From positions 791,322 through 855,321 of the forward strand of contig JAIVFI010000008.1 of the NCBI GenBank assembly GCA_025558095.1: a stretch of DNA of 64,000 bases. The letters run 5' to 3'. Source of the DNA: Hyaloraphidium curvatum SAG 235-1 (taxonomy: Eukaryota; Fungi; Monoblepharomycota). Each line of letters opens with the position of its first letter. Positions within the stretch are counted from its first letter, which is position 1. Both the position numbers and the translations under genes were made by a program. The notes beneath the pieces were generated by a model. The model saw only the letters and a program-made list of their open reading frames with translations, made no database searches and was not told the origin of the DNA. Of this stretch, positions 23,766 to 34,529 are shown one piece after another.

Positions 23766-24780
23766 TCAGATCTCGCCCTTCCACCCGACCGCGCCGTTCG
23801 AAAACTCCCAAGCCTCCTTCACGATTTCCGGATCCCTCGCCGCCTCGCTCTCGTCCTGCCTCGTCCCGTCCGAATGGAAATACAGCTTCGGGCGCTCCCC
23901 CTCCTTCGGCTCCTCCAAGTCCGCGCACGCGGCAAACGCGACGGACCTGCCCCCCTCCTCGGGGAGCCGCCCAAACAGGCTTCGCAGGAACCAGTTGAAC
24001 GCGCGCTCGCCCCACGCGGCGTCCGAGGCCATGTCCGTCGACACCAACCCCGGGTGCACGCACACGGCACGGATCCCGCGGCCCTTTTCGCGGAGGAGGG
24101 CGTCGAGACGGTTGACACAGGCCATGTTTGCCACCTTAGAGTCGCAGTACGCCGGCGTGGCCGAAAATCCCTCGGGCCCATTGCGTTTGGCCCAATCGGC
24201 GGGGCTGCCGGGCTTGATGGACGAGTAGAAGTGCATCCTGGAACCCACATCGACGATGCGGCCGCCGGGGGCGATGAAGGGGAGGAGGAGGAGGGTGAGG
24301 AGGTGCGAGGAGAGGTGGTTCGTCTGCAGCGTCTGTTCCGGGCGGCGTGGCGTTCCGGTCAGACCTTCGGAGACGGCGGGGTTCGGTGCAGCCCACCAGC
24401 TCGTAGCCGTCGTCGGTCTTGACATAGCCCGGCGCCTGCACGCCCGCGTTATTGACCAGCAGGTCGATCCTCCGCGCGTCGCCGTCCTGCTTCGCCCACT
24501 CCTCCGCGAACGCGCGGACCCCCGCAAACGAACCCAAATCCAGCGTGCGCACCTCCACCACACCTTCCCCCTTTCCTGCACGAAGCTCTTCGGCGGCTTT
24601 CTCGCCCCTCCCGGCATGGCGCACGCCGAGCACCACGCGCGAGCAGCCGAGCGCGCGGAGGTGCCGCGCGGCTTCGAGGCCGATGCCGCGGTTGGAACCC
24701 GTGACGACGGCGGTCTTGCCGGCGAGCGGGGTGCCCGGAGGGAGTTCGGGCGCGGCGCCGTTGATGGCGTTGCGGAGCAT
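23766..24780 (-). CDS. Retinol-dehydrogenase/WWOX-like SDR
   Basis: VVTGSNRGIGLE, LDLGS, LLVNNAG, TDDGYE, QTNHL, YCDSK, VHPGLVSTD; one short intron near 24340-24396. Confidence 0.88.
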
Positions 24781-25003
24781 GGCGTGGAACGGCGGCGCGG
24801 CAATGCTCGGGGACTCGAGGAAGAGCGTGAAAATGGGCGGCGTTGGGCCTTGGGCGGATCTTCCGCCGCTCCCGGTCTGTGCCGAAGCCAGCTCCAGTAT
24901 CAAACAAGGGCAGCATCGTCAAATAACGCATGAATACATTACAGCAACGATAGAGCGGGGTGCATCGGCACGGTGCTTCCGCAGCATGCGAGATGGTGGC
25001 ATC

Positions 25004-25591
25004 TTACTCCTTGCCCCGCAAGCGCAGCACCTCCGCACTGAGCTTGCACTCCCACTTGTGCGAGATCGTCGGGTTCGGATCCTTCCGCGCGAACCTCATG
25101 AGCGGCCCTTCCGTGACCCGCACCCCGTTCTCGCTCTCGTACGGTTCGGGCTTGGACGTCCACACGGCCTTCTGGCACTCGGCCGAGCAGTACTTGACCG
25201 TCCTGCACCTCCCGCACGCCTGCAGCGATTTCTTGGGCCGGGCATGGTTGGCCTTGCCGGCGCTCATGAGCTGCGCCAGCACGGCCTCGAGCGCCCCCGC
25301 ATCCTGCGACCTGAGCGCCTCCTCCAGCGAGGCCATGTCCGTCCCGCAGATGGGGTTCCCGCAGCGGTGCATCGGCACCCATTTCTCCGGCGGGGGGAGG
25401 GGGTCCCCGTGCTCCAGCGCGATTTCGGAGGCGATATTCGCGAGCATCGGTGCGTCGACGAGCGCGAAACCGGCCGACGCGGCGTGCACGTTGGCGGCCG
25501 GGCGGCCGCCCGGGGAGGCAAGGCCGGCGGTGAAGAGGCGCCGGTAGGGCGGCGAGTATTTTCTGACGACGGATTCGGCGTAGGAGGCCAT
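25004..25591 (-). CDS. MYND-type zinc finger protein with insertions
   Basis: CGNPIC ... CGRCRTVKYCSAECQKAVW ... HKWEC. Confidence 0.75.
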   Translation of the reverse strand: MASYAESVVRKYSPPYRRLFTAGLASPGGRPAANVHAASAGFALVDAPMLANIASEIALEHGDPLPPPEKWVPMHRCGNPICGTDMASLEEALRSQDAGALEAVLAQLMSAGKANHARPKKSLQACGRCRTVKYCSAECQKAVWTSKPEPYESENGVRVTEGPLMRFARKDPNPTISHKWECKLSAEVLRLRGKE

Positions 25592-25710
25592 TTCGAGGGC
25601 AGATTGGGGCGGGATGGACGTGTTTGAAAAGGAGCGACGGCTCCCCACGCGCCGGGACGAAAGAGACGAGTATGACGAAGAAAAATCATCCAACGATCTG
25701 ACATACACGG

Positions 25711-27093
25711 TTACGAACTGTAAATAGCCTGCAGAAGCTGCATGACTGCGTCCGGTGCCTGGCGGCACTTGTTGATCTGCGCCTGCACGGCCCTGGCCCA
25801 AACTTCGCTCCCTCGGAGCCCGTTGGTGTCCGCAAAGGCCTTTAGAGAGGCGACACGCTGTGCAGCGTCGGCAACGATGGCGCGACGGTCGGTCAATCCC
25901 GTCACGAATCCCGCAGCGAACCGTTCGTCCCCATGGACCGCGAACCCCAGCTCGGGCCGCTGGGGGTCGAGGTGCAGCGGCCACTTGCAGCTGGAGATCA
26001 TGAATCCCAGGAGGGGGGCATAAATGCCCGCTTCGTGCAGATGGGCAAACACCTGGCGGGCCGCATCGGGAGAGACGACGTCCCTGCGATCATCGCTTCC
26101 GGGATCGGGGCGCGTGAACCAGCGCAGCATAGCAAAGATTACGTCTCCTTGGTTTCGGGATTGAGCAGAAGAGCGTTAAGAACCGAAGCCAGGACGGCGT
26201 GAGGCTTCGCGAAGAAAGGGTGGAGGACAAAGGATGCAAGCATGGCCCCAAGACAACGCACACCGCCCGCCTTCGAAAGGAGGAAGAACAAGTTTGCCAA
26301 AGCAGGGATTCTCTCCTTCGGATCCAAGTCTGCTCTGCTGAGAAGATCTCGGCCAAGATAAACCATTTCTCTGTGAGCCCAGAAACATAAGGTACTCCGG
26401 GGAATCCAACAAGAAGCCCGTCCCATTAATCCAGTGGTGGACGATCGCGGTGGTCATCCATTGCTGAGCAAACGGAAGCTGAAGCCTCTTTAGGACTTCG
26501 GAATGCGGAACGGAAATCGGCCTGAGCAACCGTCCCAATCGAACGTAGTGAGCGCGGGGCGCGTGTTCGCCGATCGGGGAAAGCAAGTTGAGGTGCCGCA
26601 CCACCAGCGCAACATCGGCGCCCCCGGCCGACATCCCGTCCAAAAGATCTCCGGCCCGGTCCGGGTCCAAGACGTGGACTATCGTTCCGTTCCTCAAAGT
26701 GAGCCTCGATTTGTAGCGCCGAATGGCCGAAAAGGTGATGATGGACTCCACCTGGACGCCGGCAAGGCGGAGAATGCGACCCACGACCTCCGCATCGAGC
26801 GGTTTGTCCCACTCCTCGCTCCACCCGTCGGTGGCCCGCTTGCCCTCCCAATCTTCCTCCGCCACCCGCTCGGGCCCCCTCAAGCTCTCGACGAAGCTGA
26901 AGAAAGTATCGGGATCCTTGTCGACGGTGAGCACGTGCTTCACTCGGCGGAGCAAGGCCCAGGAAGCTTCGGGAAGGACGGTGCGGCACAGGAGCTGCAA
27001 GCCGAACAGGTCCCCAAGGGAGAGCGAATCGTACGAAAGAATGGCCCTCAGGATCTCCGGCGGGAGGTCCTGAAGGCCTGGAGAGGGGTCCAT
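25711..27093 (-). pseudogene. F-box protein gene with apparent frameshifts in its 3' half
   Basis: LQDLPPEILRAILSY..LGDLFGLQLLCR F-box; coding-like text continues in other frames (26139-26380, 25711-26130) with no clear intron signals. Confidence 0.5.
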
Positions 27094-27205
27094 GAGCCGT
27101 GACGAGTGCTGCTTGCTAACTAGCTGGTGTTGCGCGGCATCGGCTGCGGCGGGGGGCAAAGCAGGGATCGCGGACAAACGCAGATCGGCGGACGGCGTGA
27201 AGCAG

Positions 27206-28946
27206 ATGCCCGATCCCACGCTCCTCTCGGCCGGAGAGATACAAAGCCTCGTTGCTTCCGGCCAGCTGACGTACTCGGATGTCGCGGGGAGCTTCCTTGC
27301 TCGGATCAGGGACTGCAACGGGCTCGTGAACGCAGTCATGGAGGTCAACCCGCGCGCGCTCGAAGACGCCAAGAAAGCGGACGAGGCGGCGCGGAAGGAC
27401 CCGTCGCTGTGCAAGGCGATCTTTGGGATCCCGGTGCTCGTCAAGGATAATGTGATTTGCTTCGGGCTGGAGGACGAGGGGGAGCGGAACGCGGGGCCGG
27501 CGGGAGACATGCCGACGACGGCGACCGCGGGCTCGTTGGCCCTCGTCGGGGCCCGCTGGAAGCGCAGAGCTGACATCGCACGGCGATTGGCGGACGCCGG
27601 GGCGGTGCTAATTGCGAGCGCCAACATGTCCGAGTGGGCCAACTTCCGCTCGTCGGCCCAGCTGGACGGCTGGTCTGCGCGCGGGGGAAAGACGCACAAC
27701 CCGTACGACATGGGGAAGGGAGCTTTCGGACCGACGGGGAGCTCGTCCGGGAGCGGAGCAGGGCTGGCTTCGCGGTTCGCGACCCTGGCCGTCGGCAGCG
27801 GTGGGCAGCCACCTTGTCGCCCGCGAAGTAGCCATTGCTTGACGTCTCGCAACCGCAGAAACCGACGGCTCCATCATCATGCCCTCGTCGCGCTGCGCCG
27901 TGGTCGGGATCAAGCCCACTGTAGGCCTCGTTTCGCGCGCGGGGATCATACCCATCTCGCCCACCCAGGACACCGCGGGACCCATGGCCCACGACGTCGC
28001 CGGCGCTGCGGCGCTCTTGGACGTGCTGGCGGGCCCGGAGCCCAGGGATCCGGCGACGCTGCACTGCGGCCGCGCTCTGCCCGCTGGAGGTTTCGCGGCG
28101 GCTGCTGCTTTAGGTCGGGAGCGCGGGTTCGCGGGGCTCCGGATCGGGTTGGACAAGGGCATGCTGGAGCGATGCCCGCGGAACGAAAGGGAGGCGGCGG
28201 AGCTCGCGGTGCGGGAGATGAGGGCCGCGGGCGCCGAGATCGTGGACGTGGAGCTGCTCGTGCACGACGAGATGGAGAAGCTCGGCAAGATCGAGGAGCT
28301 GAAGCTCACCGTTGAGTTCCGCGAAGCTCTTGATGGGTGGGCGAAATGAATAAGGCCGCCCGTGACTGAGAAAGCTGACGGCGGAGCTCCACAGCTTCCT
28401 CTCTTCCAACCTGGATCCCTCCTCACCGGCGTCGGTGCCCCGAACCATGGCATCCGTCATCGCCTTCAACGAAACCACGCCCGCGGAGATGACCTACGAC
28501 CAGAAGAAGCTCGTTCTTTCTCAAGCCTTTTCGTCGGCGGCCTCTCCGAGCGGCCGGAGAACGTGGGACGACGCCAGGGCGCTGGCGGCCCGGTTGGACG
28601 AGGTGGCGGCCCGCGAGCGGCTGGACTGCTTCTTCACGAGCCCATGGGGCGGGTGCACGACCATCTGCGGGGTGCTGGGGTATCCCGTCGTCACTGGTGG
28701 GTTTCCGAGCGGCCGCGCGACCGCTCTCCTCCCTAAGCGTGGTTCCAAGTGCCGTACGGATTCAGCTCCAAGACCGGATGCCCGTTCGGGGTGTGTTTCT
28801 TTGGCGTGGCGTGGACCGACGCCGTGCTCGTGCGGGCTGCCGCTGCGTTGGAGCAGCACGTTGTGCGGAGACTGGGGAAGCAGATCTGCCGCGAACCCGT
28901 GGACTTTGCAAAGTGGACGAAGCCCGCGGCGGGGTCCAAGCTTTAG
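27206..28946 (+). CDS. Amidase-signature family amidase with PTS1 (SKL)
   Basis: GIPVLVKDN, ANMSEWANFRS, GSSSGS, and ETDGSI..P...VVGIKPTVGLVSR after intron 27801-27858; two further introns (~28337-28394, 28698-28749); ends AAGSKL*. Confidence 0.9.
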
Positions 28947-29025
28947 CGTACAGGGTAGAGCTCCGACTCTATAGACATAGGCCGCCCATCGGCACGTTGC
29001 TCATATCACGTTCAACTCTTTTTCC

Positions 29026-30443
29026 TCAGAGCCTGCTCCCCTGCCCGCCCTTCAGCTCCCTTGGGCACTCCTTGTGCGGGAACCACTTGGCGTACAGCTT
29101 CTCGAACCTGCCCTCGGCCACCAGCTCCCCGATCGCCTTGTCCACCGCCAGCCTGACCCTGTCGTTGCCGTAGCGGAACGCGACGCCCCACTTCCACCCC
29201 GTCTGCGCGGTCCACGCGATCCGGTAGGGCGACTCGGGCCCGACGAGGTGGCCAAAGGCGCAGTCGTCGTCGATCACGGCGTCGACCTCGCCGGCGTCGA
29301 GGGCGGCCATCATCTCGCCCAGCACGTTGTCGTTGGCGCCGTCGAACGGCACGGCGGTGGAGCCGTATGTGGCGTAGGTCTCGGCGAGCTTGTAGTTGGT
29401 CGAGCCGGTGATGGCGGCGATCTTCTTCCCGGCGAGGTCGGTGAAGCCCCACACGGGCGAGTCCTTCTTGACCAGGACCTGCTCGTCCACGACGATGTAC
29501 GGCCGCGTGTAGTGGTAGTACTTTTGCCGCTCCGGGGTGATGGCGCTCCCGCAGAACTGCGCGTCGACCTTGCCCGAGAGCACCGAGGGCTTGAACTTGT
29601 CCCAGTCGGCAAACACCCACTCGATGCCCAGGCCCATGTGGTCGGCGACCATCTTGGCCGCCTCGGGCTCGTACCCCGAGCGCCGCTGGGTCTTGACGTC
29701 GTCGGTGCGGAACACGGGCCAGGCGGTGAAGGCCGCGCACACAAAGGTGAGCTTACCCGGGTTGACGAGGGGCAGGGCCGACGGGTCGGAGGGGTCGGCG
29801 TCGGGGTGCTCGATCTCGAGCGGGGCAGGGCGGCCCGGGAACAGTTTCGACCACATGTCCTTCATGGCCGTGAGCGAGCGGCGCTCGACAATGCCGCGGA
29901 GGCGGTGGTGGTCCTCCTCAGCGGTCTCATCCGAGCCGCCGAACGCCGCGGGGAGGTCGACGTACTTGGGGAGCCCGTCGGTGATGTCCTTGATGCCCGA
30001 GGTGTAGAAGATGTGGGCCGACGGCTTGAAGCGGGGGTCCGTGACGCGGCCGTCGGCGCCGTGGTTGGGAGTGGTGAACATGTCGAGGTCTGCGAGGGGA
30101 TCAGTGGTTTGACGGGGGAAGGTGACCCAGCAGGCAACCCACAAATGGCGTCCTGCTTCAGGTGGTGCAGCTTGGCGTAGACCTTGCTGCCGCACGTTTT
30201 GCAGGTCAGCCGCTCCTCCTTGCCGGTCGTGTAGGACGACAGGTTGTCGGCGCCGCGGACGACTTTGACGTCGCCGGCGTTGAACCCGCACAGCGTCGCG
30301 TAGTCCGCGCTCAGCGCCCGGCGGCACTGGCTGCAGTGGCAGTACACCACGAAATTGGGCGGCGCGGGCACGTGCACCTCGCAGGCCTTGCAGAGGCACT
30401 GCGCGACAGCCGCGGGGCGCGCCGACGCCGCGACGAGCGCCAT
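29026..30443 (-). CDS. Fusion of a GFA/CENP-V zinc domain and a bacterial family-3 amino-acid solute-binding domain, with PTS1 (SRL)
   Basis: CLC..CHCSQCRR..CKTCGS and HIFY..DGLPKY (GFA); intron 30090-30142; then GKLTF..GYEPE..GLGIEWV..WD..GKVD..AITPERQKYYHYTRPY..DLAGKKIA..GST..GEVDAVIDD (SBP_bac_3); ends QGSRL*. The true start may lie further upstream. Confidence 0.82.
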
Positions 30444-30924
30444 CGCGGGAAGGGAGAGCGGGAGGCCGGCGGGCGAGAGGGGCAGAAGACGGAGGCCGGC
30501 TCGCAGGTGGAGGAGGTCGCCGATGAGGCCCAGCAGTCGCTGCAGCACGGGCGGCAGAATCGTCTTGATCGTCGATTGAAGAGGTGGACGGGCTGGTGCG
30601 GACCCCCACCCTCGATCAATCGGCGCCACGTCAGCTGGGCCAGCGATATGGAGCATGAGCTGGAGCGGCATGGAAGCTGCGGAAGCTATTGGAGAAGCAG
30701 GTTTTTGGTGGATTGACTGATTGACTGGCGGAGCTGGATGCGGGCCAGCTGCAGGCGCCAAGGTCCGAGAACTGCAGGAAGTGGTAAGCTGCACCATACG
30801 AGGACTTTTGTGCTGAGTTTCTCATTTAGTAAGATTCTGATGCCGATGACATTGAATCAATGAAATTGGGTGTGTGCAGGGAGCGGTTCTCGCCCCTGCC
30901 GTCCTGACCGGGAGACACGCCGCG

Positions 30925-33147
30925 ATGCCCGCCTCGCTCCCTGCGTCCTCCGTGCGCGTTCCGCCGTACTCGCGCGAAACTGCCGAGCGGCAGATGGCGG
31001 ATCTGGCCGCGGCGCGGGCGCGGGCAACTTTCGACCCGGAGAAGATGACCGAAGTCATCTACGACCCCGAGACGCGTCGGAAGCGCGCTCAGGCGCTGGA
31101 AATCGTTCAGAACGAAGAGATGCTGGTCAAGCTGATCGATGACTGGCCGTTTCTCGGGGATTTCGAGCGTCGGCAGCGCACCTGGCCGGCCATGAAGCGG
31201 CTCGCAGAGATCCAACTCGGCCGAGGACTGTCGCCCGACGACATGCTCTACGTCTTGAACCTGCTCGGCGTGCTCACACCGCTCTTCAACCACCAGCAGT
31301 CCTTCCAGGCCGCGAACCTGACCAGCCACGCGTCGGACGAGCAGCTGGCACACTGGGGCCCGCTCGGCGAGTCGTTCCGGTTCTGGGGCTCCTTCGCGCA
31401 GACGGAGCTGGGCCACGGCTCGGCGGTATCGGACATCGAGACCACGGCCACATACGACCCGGCCGCGCAGGAGTTCGTGCTCGACACGCCGACCCTCTCG
31501 AGCACGAAATGGTGGATCGGCGCCCTGGGCACCTACGCCACGCACTCCCTGGTCATGGCGCAGCTCATCGTCGGCGGCCAGCGCAAGGGAATCGCCCCCT
31601 TCCTCTTTCAGGTCCGCAACATGGACACGCACGAGCCCCTCCCGGGCATCTACGTCGGCGAGATCGGCCCCAAGCTCGGCCCCGTCGAAAACGGCTGGCT
31701 TCGCCTGGACAAGGTCCGCGTGCCCCTCTCTTCCCTCCTCTCCCGCAACCTCCGCGTGCTCCCGGACGGCACCTTCCTCCGCCCCAAGGACTCGAAGCTC
31801 CTCCTCGGGGGCATGCTCGTCCGCCGCACCGAAATTACGGCGTCGTCGGCGCGCGCGCTGGCAAAGGCGTGCACGGTCGGGGTACGGTATTGCGAGGTCA
31901 GGAGGCAGAACAAGGGCGTCGGGGAGGAGGCGAAGAAGGGCGGGGAGGCGGCGGTGATGGGATATCCGATGGTCAAGATGAGGATCCTGCCGGCGCTGGC
32001 CGCGGCATACTCGTTCGCGTTCGTGGGCAAGTACCTCGTGGGCCTGCTCAACGGGTACCGGACGAGGATGATGGCGGGGGACGAGGGCGCCGCGGGGATG
32101 CTGAACGACTTCCACCCGACCCTGAGCGGCCTCAAGGCCTACTGGTGGGCCCTGCTCCCGTCTCCCCCATTTTCACCACTCAACCCCGCTCCCTCTCAGC
32201 ACGACTACCGCCGCCGATGGCATTGAGGACATCCGCCGCTGCCTCGGTGGGCACGGCTACTCCCACGCTTCGGGGCTCGGCCTGCTCTACGCTCAGTGGT
32301 CTGTCTTTACGACCGCCGAGGGCGAGGCGGTGCTCATGACCCAGCAGACGGCGCGGTACCTTGCCCGGCTGGCGGGGGAGCTGAAGAAGGGCGGCGGGGA
32401 GGGGAAGGTAAAGGGGAACGTGGGGACGGCCTATCTCGCGACGCTGTGGGAGGAGGAGGCCCCGTGCGCGGCCCGAAACCCCGCCGAGTTTGCCAACCCG
32501 GCGATGCAGGTCGCCCTCTTCGCCCACCGCGCGCGTCGGCAGGTCCGCGAGCTCGTGGCCGCGCTGGACGCCTCCCATGGGGAGCTCGGCCTCTGCGCCG
32601 CGCAGGCGTTCGCCGCCTCCACCGCGCACACGCAGCACCTGATCGTCGCGGTGATGTGGAACAAGGTCGACGAGCTGCGGAGGGAGGGGACGGACGGGAA
32701 GGTGGTGGAGGTGCTGGGAAAGCTGGCGGCGCTCAACGGGGCGTTCCTGCTGGCCAAACACTTCGGGGAGTGGCTGGAGGACGGGCACCTCGATGGGGCG
32801 CAGATCAAGGTCGTCCGTCAGCTCGGTGGGTTCAATCCTCACTGCCTCCACATGACTGCTGACGCCCCCGATCCCGCGCAGTCCACGACATCAACGACGC
32901 CGTCCGCCCTGAAGCCGCCGCCCTCGTCGACGCCTGGCAGTTCTCGGACCTCGAGCTGCAGTCCCAGCTCGGCCGCGCGGACGGCAACGCGTACGAGGGT
33001 ATGTTCCTGTGGGCGCTGCGGGACCCGGTGAACAAGGGGATGGGGGGGAAGGCGGTGTTTGATGGGTATGGAGAGTTCCTGAGGCCGTTGATCACGGGGG
33101 AGGTGGCGGCGGAGGCAAGGAGGGCGAGGGATGGGCCTAAGCTGTGA
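30925..33147 (+). CDS. Peroxisomal acyl-CoA oxidase
   Basis: FAQTELGHGS, TKWWIG, GEIGPKLG..ENG, RRCLGGHGY, TAEGE, LGRADGNAYE; two short introns (~32145-32199, ~32826-32881); ends RDGPKL*. Confidence 0.93.
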
Positions 33148-33299
33148 TGTCAAGCGCTGGTGATCAAAGCTCGACTTTCGGTCGACCTGGGTGGAAGCCC
33201 CCTGTCGAGTCCTGCGCCACGTGTCGGTCCTCCACGCCAGTCGTCCTTTGGAACTCCGTCGCACCGCCGCAGCCTTCCTCGCCTCGCTTCGCGCACGCC

Positions 33300-34376
33300 A
33301 TGGAGAAGTTCACTCTCGGGAAACCGGACATTCGCGTCCGGGCGTCGCTTGGCCCCTCGAGCGCCAAGTTCGGGGTGCACCGGTTTCTGATCGAGGGGGC
33401 GCTGCCCGGGTTCCTTGCGGGCGCCGTGCACAGCTTGGCCGGCGTTTTCGACTCGTACGAAGTCAAAGATCACCCGGACGAGGTCCGCGCGCTGCTCAAA
33501 TGGGCTTACCAAGGTTCCAGTGCGCTGGGCACTCTATTCGTGGAGCAGCTCGAAAAGCTGTGGTCGGTCGTCACCAAGCACGGGGCGAACGCTTGCAAGA
33601 GTGCCATCGAAGCTCAGGTTCATTCCCGCCTCATTGATCTCGACGGCGATCCTTCCCCGGATTTGGAGGGACTGATCAAGTTCACCGCCCGCAACATGGC
33701 AGACTCAGTGCTGGCCAAGAACTGCATCGAAAAGCTGATCCCGCGGATGGATCTGCCGAAGTTCGAAGATCTCATCAAGGAGCTCACGGCGTTCAACGGC
33801 GCGTTTGCGGAGTGGCTCCGTGACAAGCGATCGGAGGCGGTGCGGAAGCGGAAGGCCAAACTGGAGCATGACGTCGAAGAAGCCGAGCGCGAGCTCAAGC
33901 GCATCAAGGCAACCGTCGGGGATGCTGCCGAAAGAGAGGAGGAAGCCGTGGCGCGAGCGGACGAAGCTCCTGCTCCGATCGTCCCATGCGGATCAGCTGC
34001 GGCATCGGCAGTCGTCGGAGGTTCTGCTGCGCGCGCCGATTCTCCCGTCGAGACGAGGGATGAACCGAAATCACGCAGCCCGGCTTTTCGCGGCAGCTTG
34101 CGTCGGCACGCATTCTCCGGTCATCGGGGGCCATCTCCCGCACCGAAGGCGGAGCCGGACCCGGTCGAGTCCGAGCCGAAACGGAAAAGGATCGCGCGCG
34201 TGATCAAGAAGCAACCGAGGGTTGCCGTTCCCGAGACGGAAGCGAAGCCGATCGTGCCCAAGACGGAAGCGAAGCCTGCTGCGCCCAAGACAGAAGCGAA
34301 GCCGGTCTTGACGAAGGTGGAAGAGAAGGACATCGTGCCGAAGGTGGAAATGGACTTCGTCGTGAACACGGACTAG
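33300..34376 (+). CDS. BTB/POZ-like domain protein with coiled coil and repetitive tail
   Basis: PDIRV..FGVHRFLI..FL..DHPDEVRALLKWAYQG BTB pattern; coiled coil near aa 180-215; 9-aa repeats at the C-terminus. Confidence 0.6.
   Translation: MEKFTLGKPDIRVRASLGPSSAKFGVHRFLIEGALPGFLAGAVHSLAGVFDSYEVKDHPDEVRALLKWAYQGSSALGTLFVEQLEKLWSVVTKHGANACKSAIEAQVHSRLIDLDGDPSPDLEGLIKFTARNMADSVLAKNCIEKLIPRMDLPKFEDLIKELTAFNGAFAEWLRDKRSEAVRKRKAKLEHDVEEAERELKRIKATVGDAAEREEEAVARADEAPAPIVPCGSAAASAVVGGSAARADSPVETRDEPKSRSPAFRGSLRRHAFSGHRGPSPAPKAEPDPVESEPKRKRIARVIKKQPRVAVPETEAKPIVPKTEAKPAAPKTEAKPVLTKVEEKDIVPKVEMDFVVNTD
34230..34350 (+). repeat. Coding 27-bp tandem repeat (PKTEAKPxx-like)
   Basis: PETEAKPIV PKTEAKPAA PKTEAKPVL TKVEEKDIV PKVE. 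Confidence 0.8.
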
Positions 34377-34529
34377 ATTCGAGTCCAGCGCGATGTATCT
34401 TGACAATGGAGGCAGCGAATCCGTTCCGTGCGATACAGCAGGCAAACACCGAAGAGCTTCATTCAACGTACAACAACGGGGAATCCAATCACAGCCCATG
34501 AGCAAGCCAATGCATTCCAATCGGTGGCA

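Noticed and set aside
29026-30089. Bacterial contamination as the source of the SBP domain
   Set aside because: It is in frame with an intron-containing exon, ends in a PTS1 and lies between intron-containing genes.
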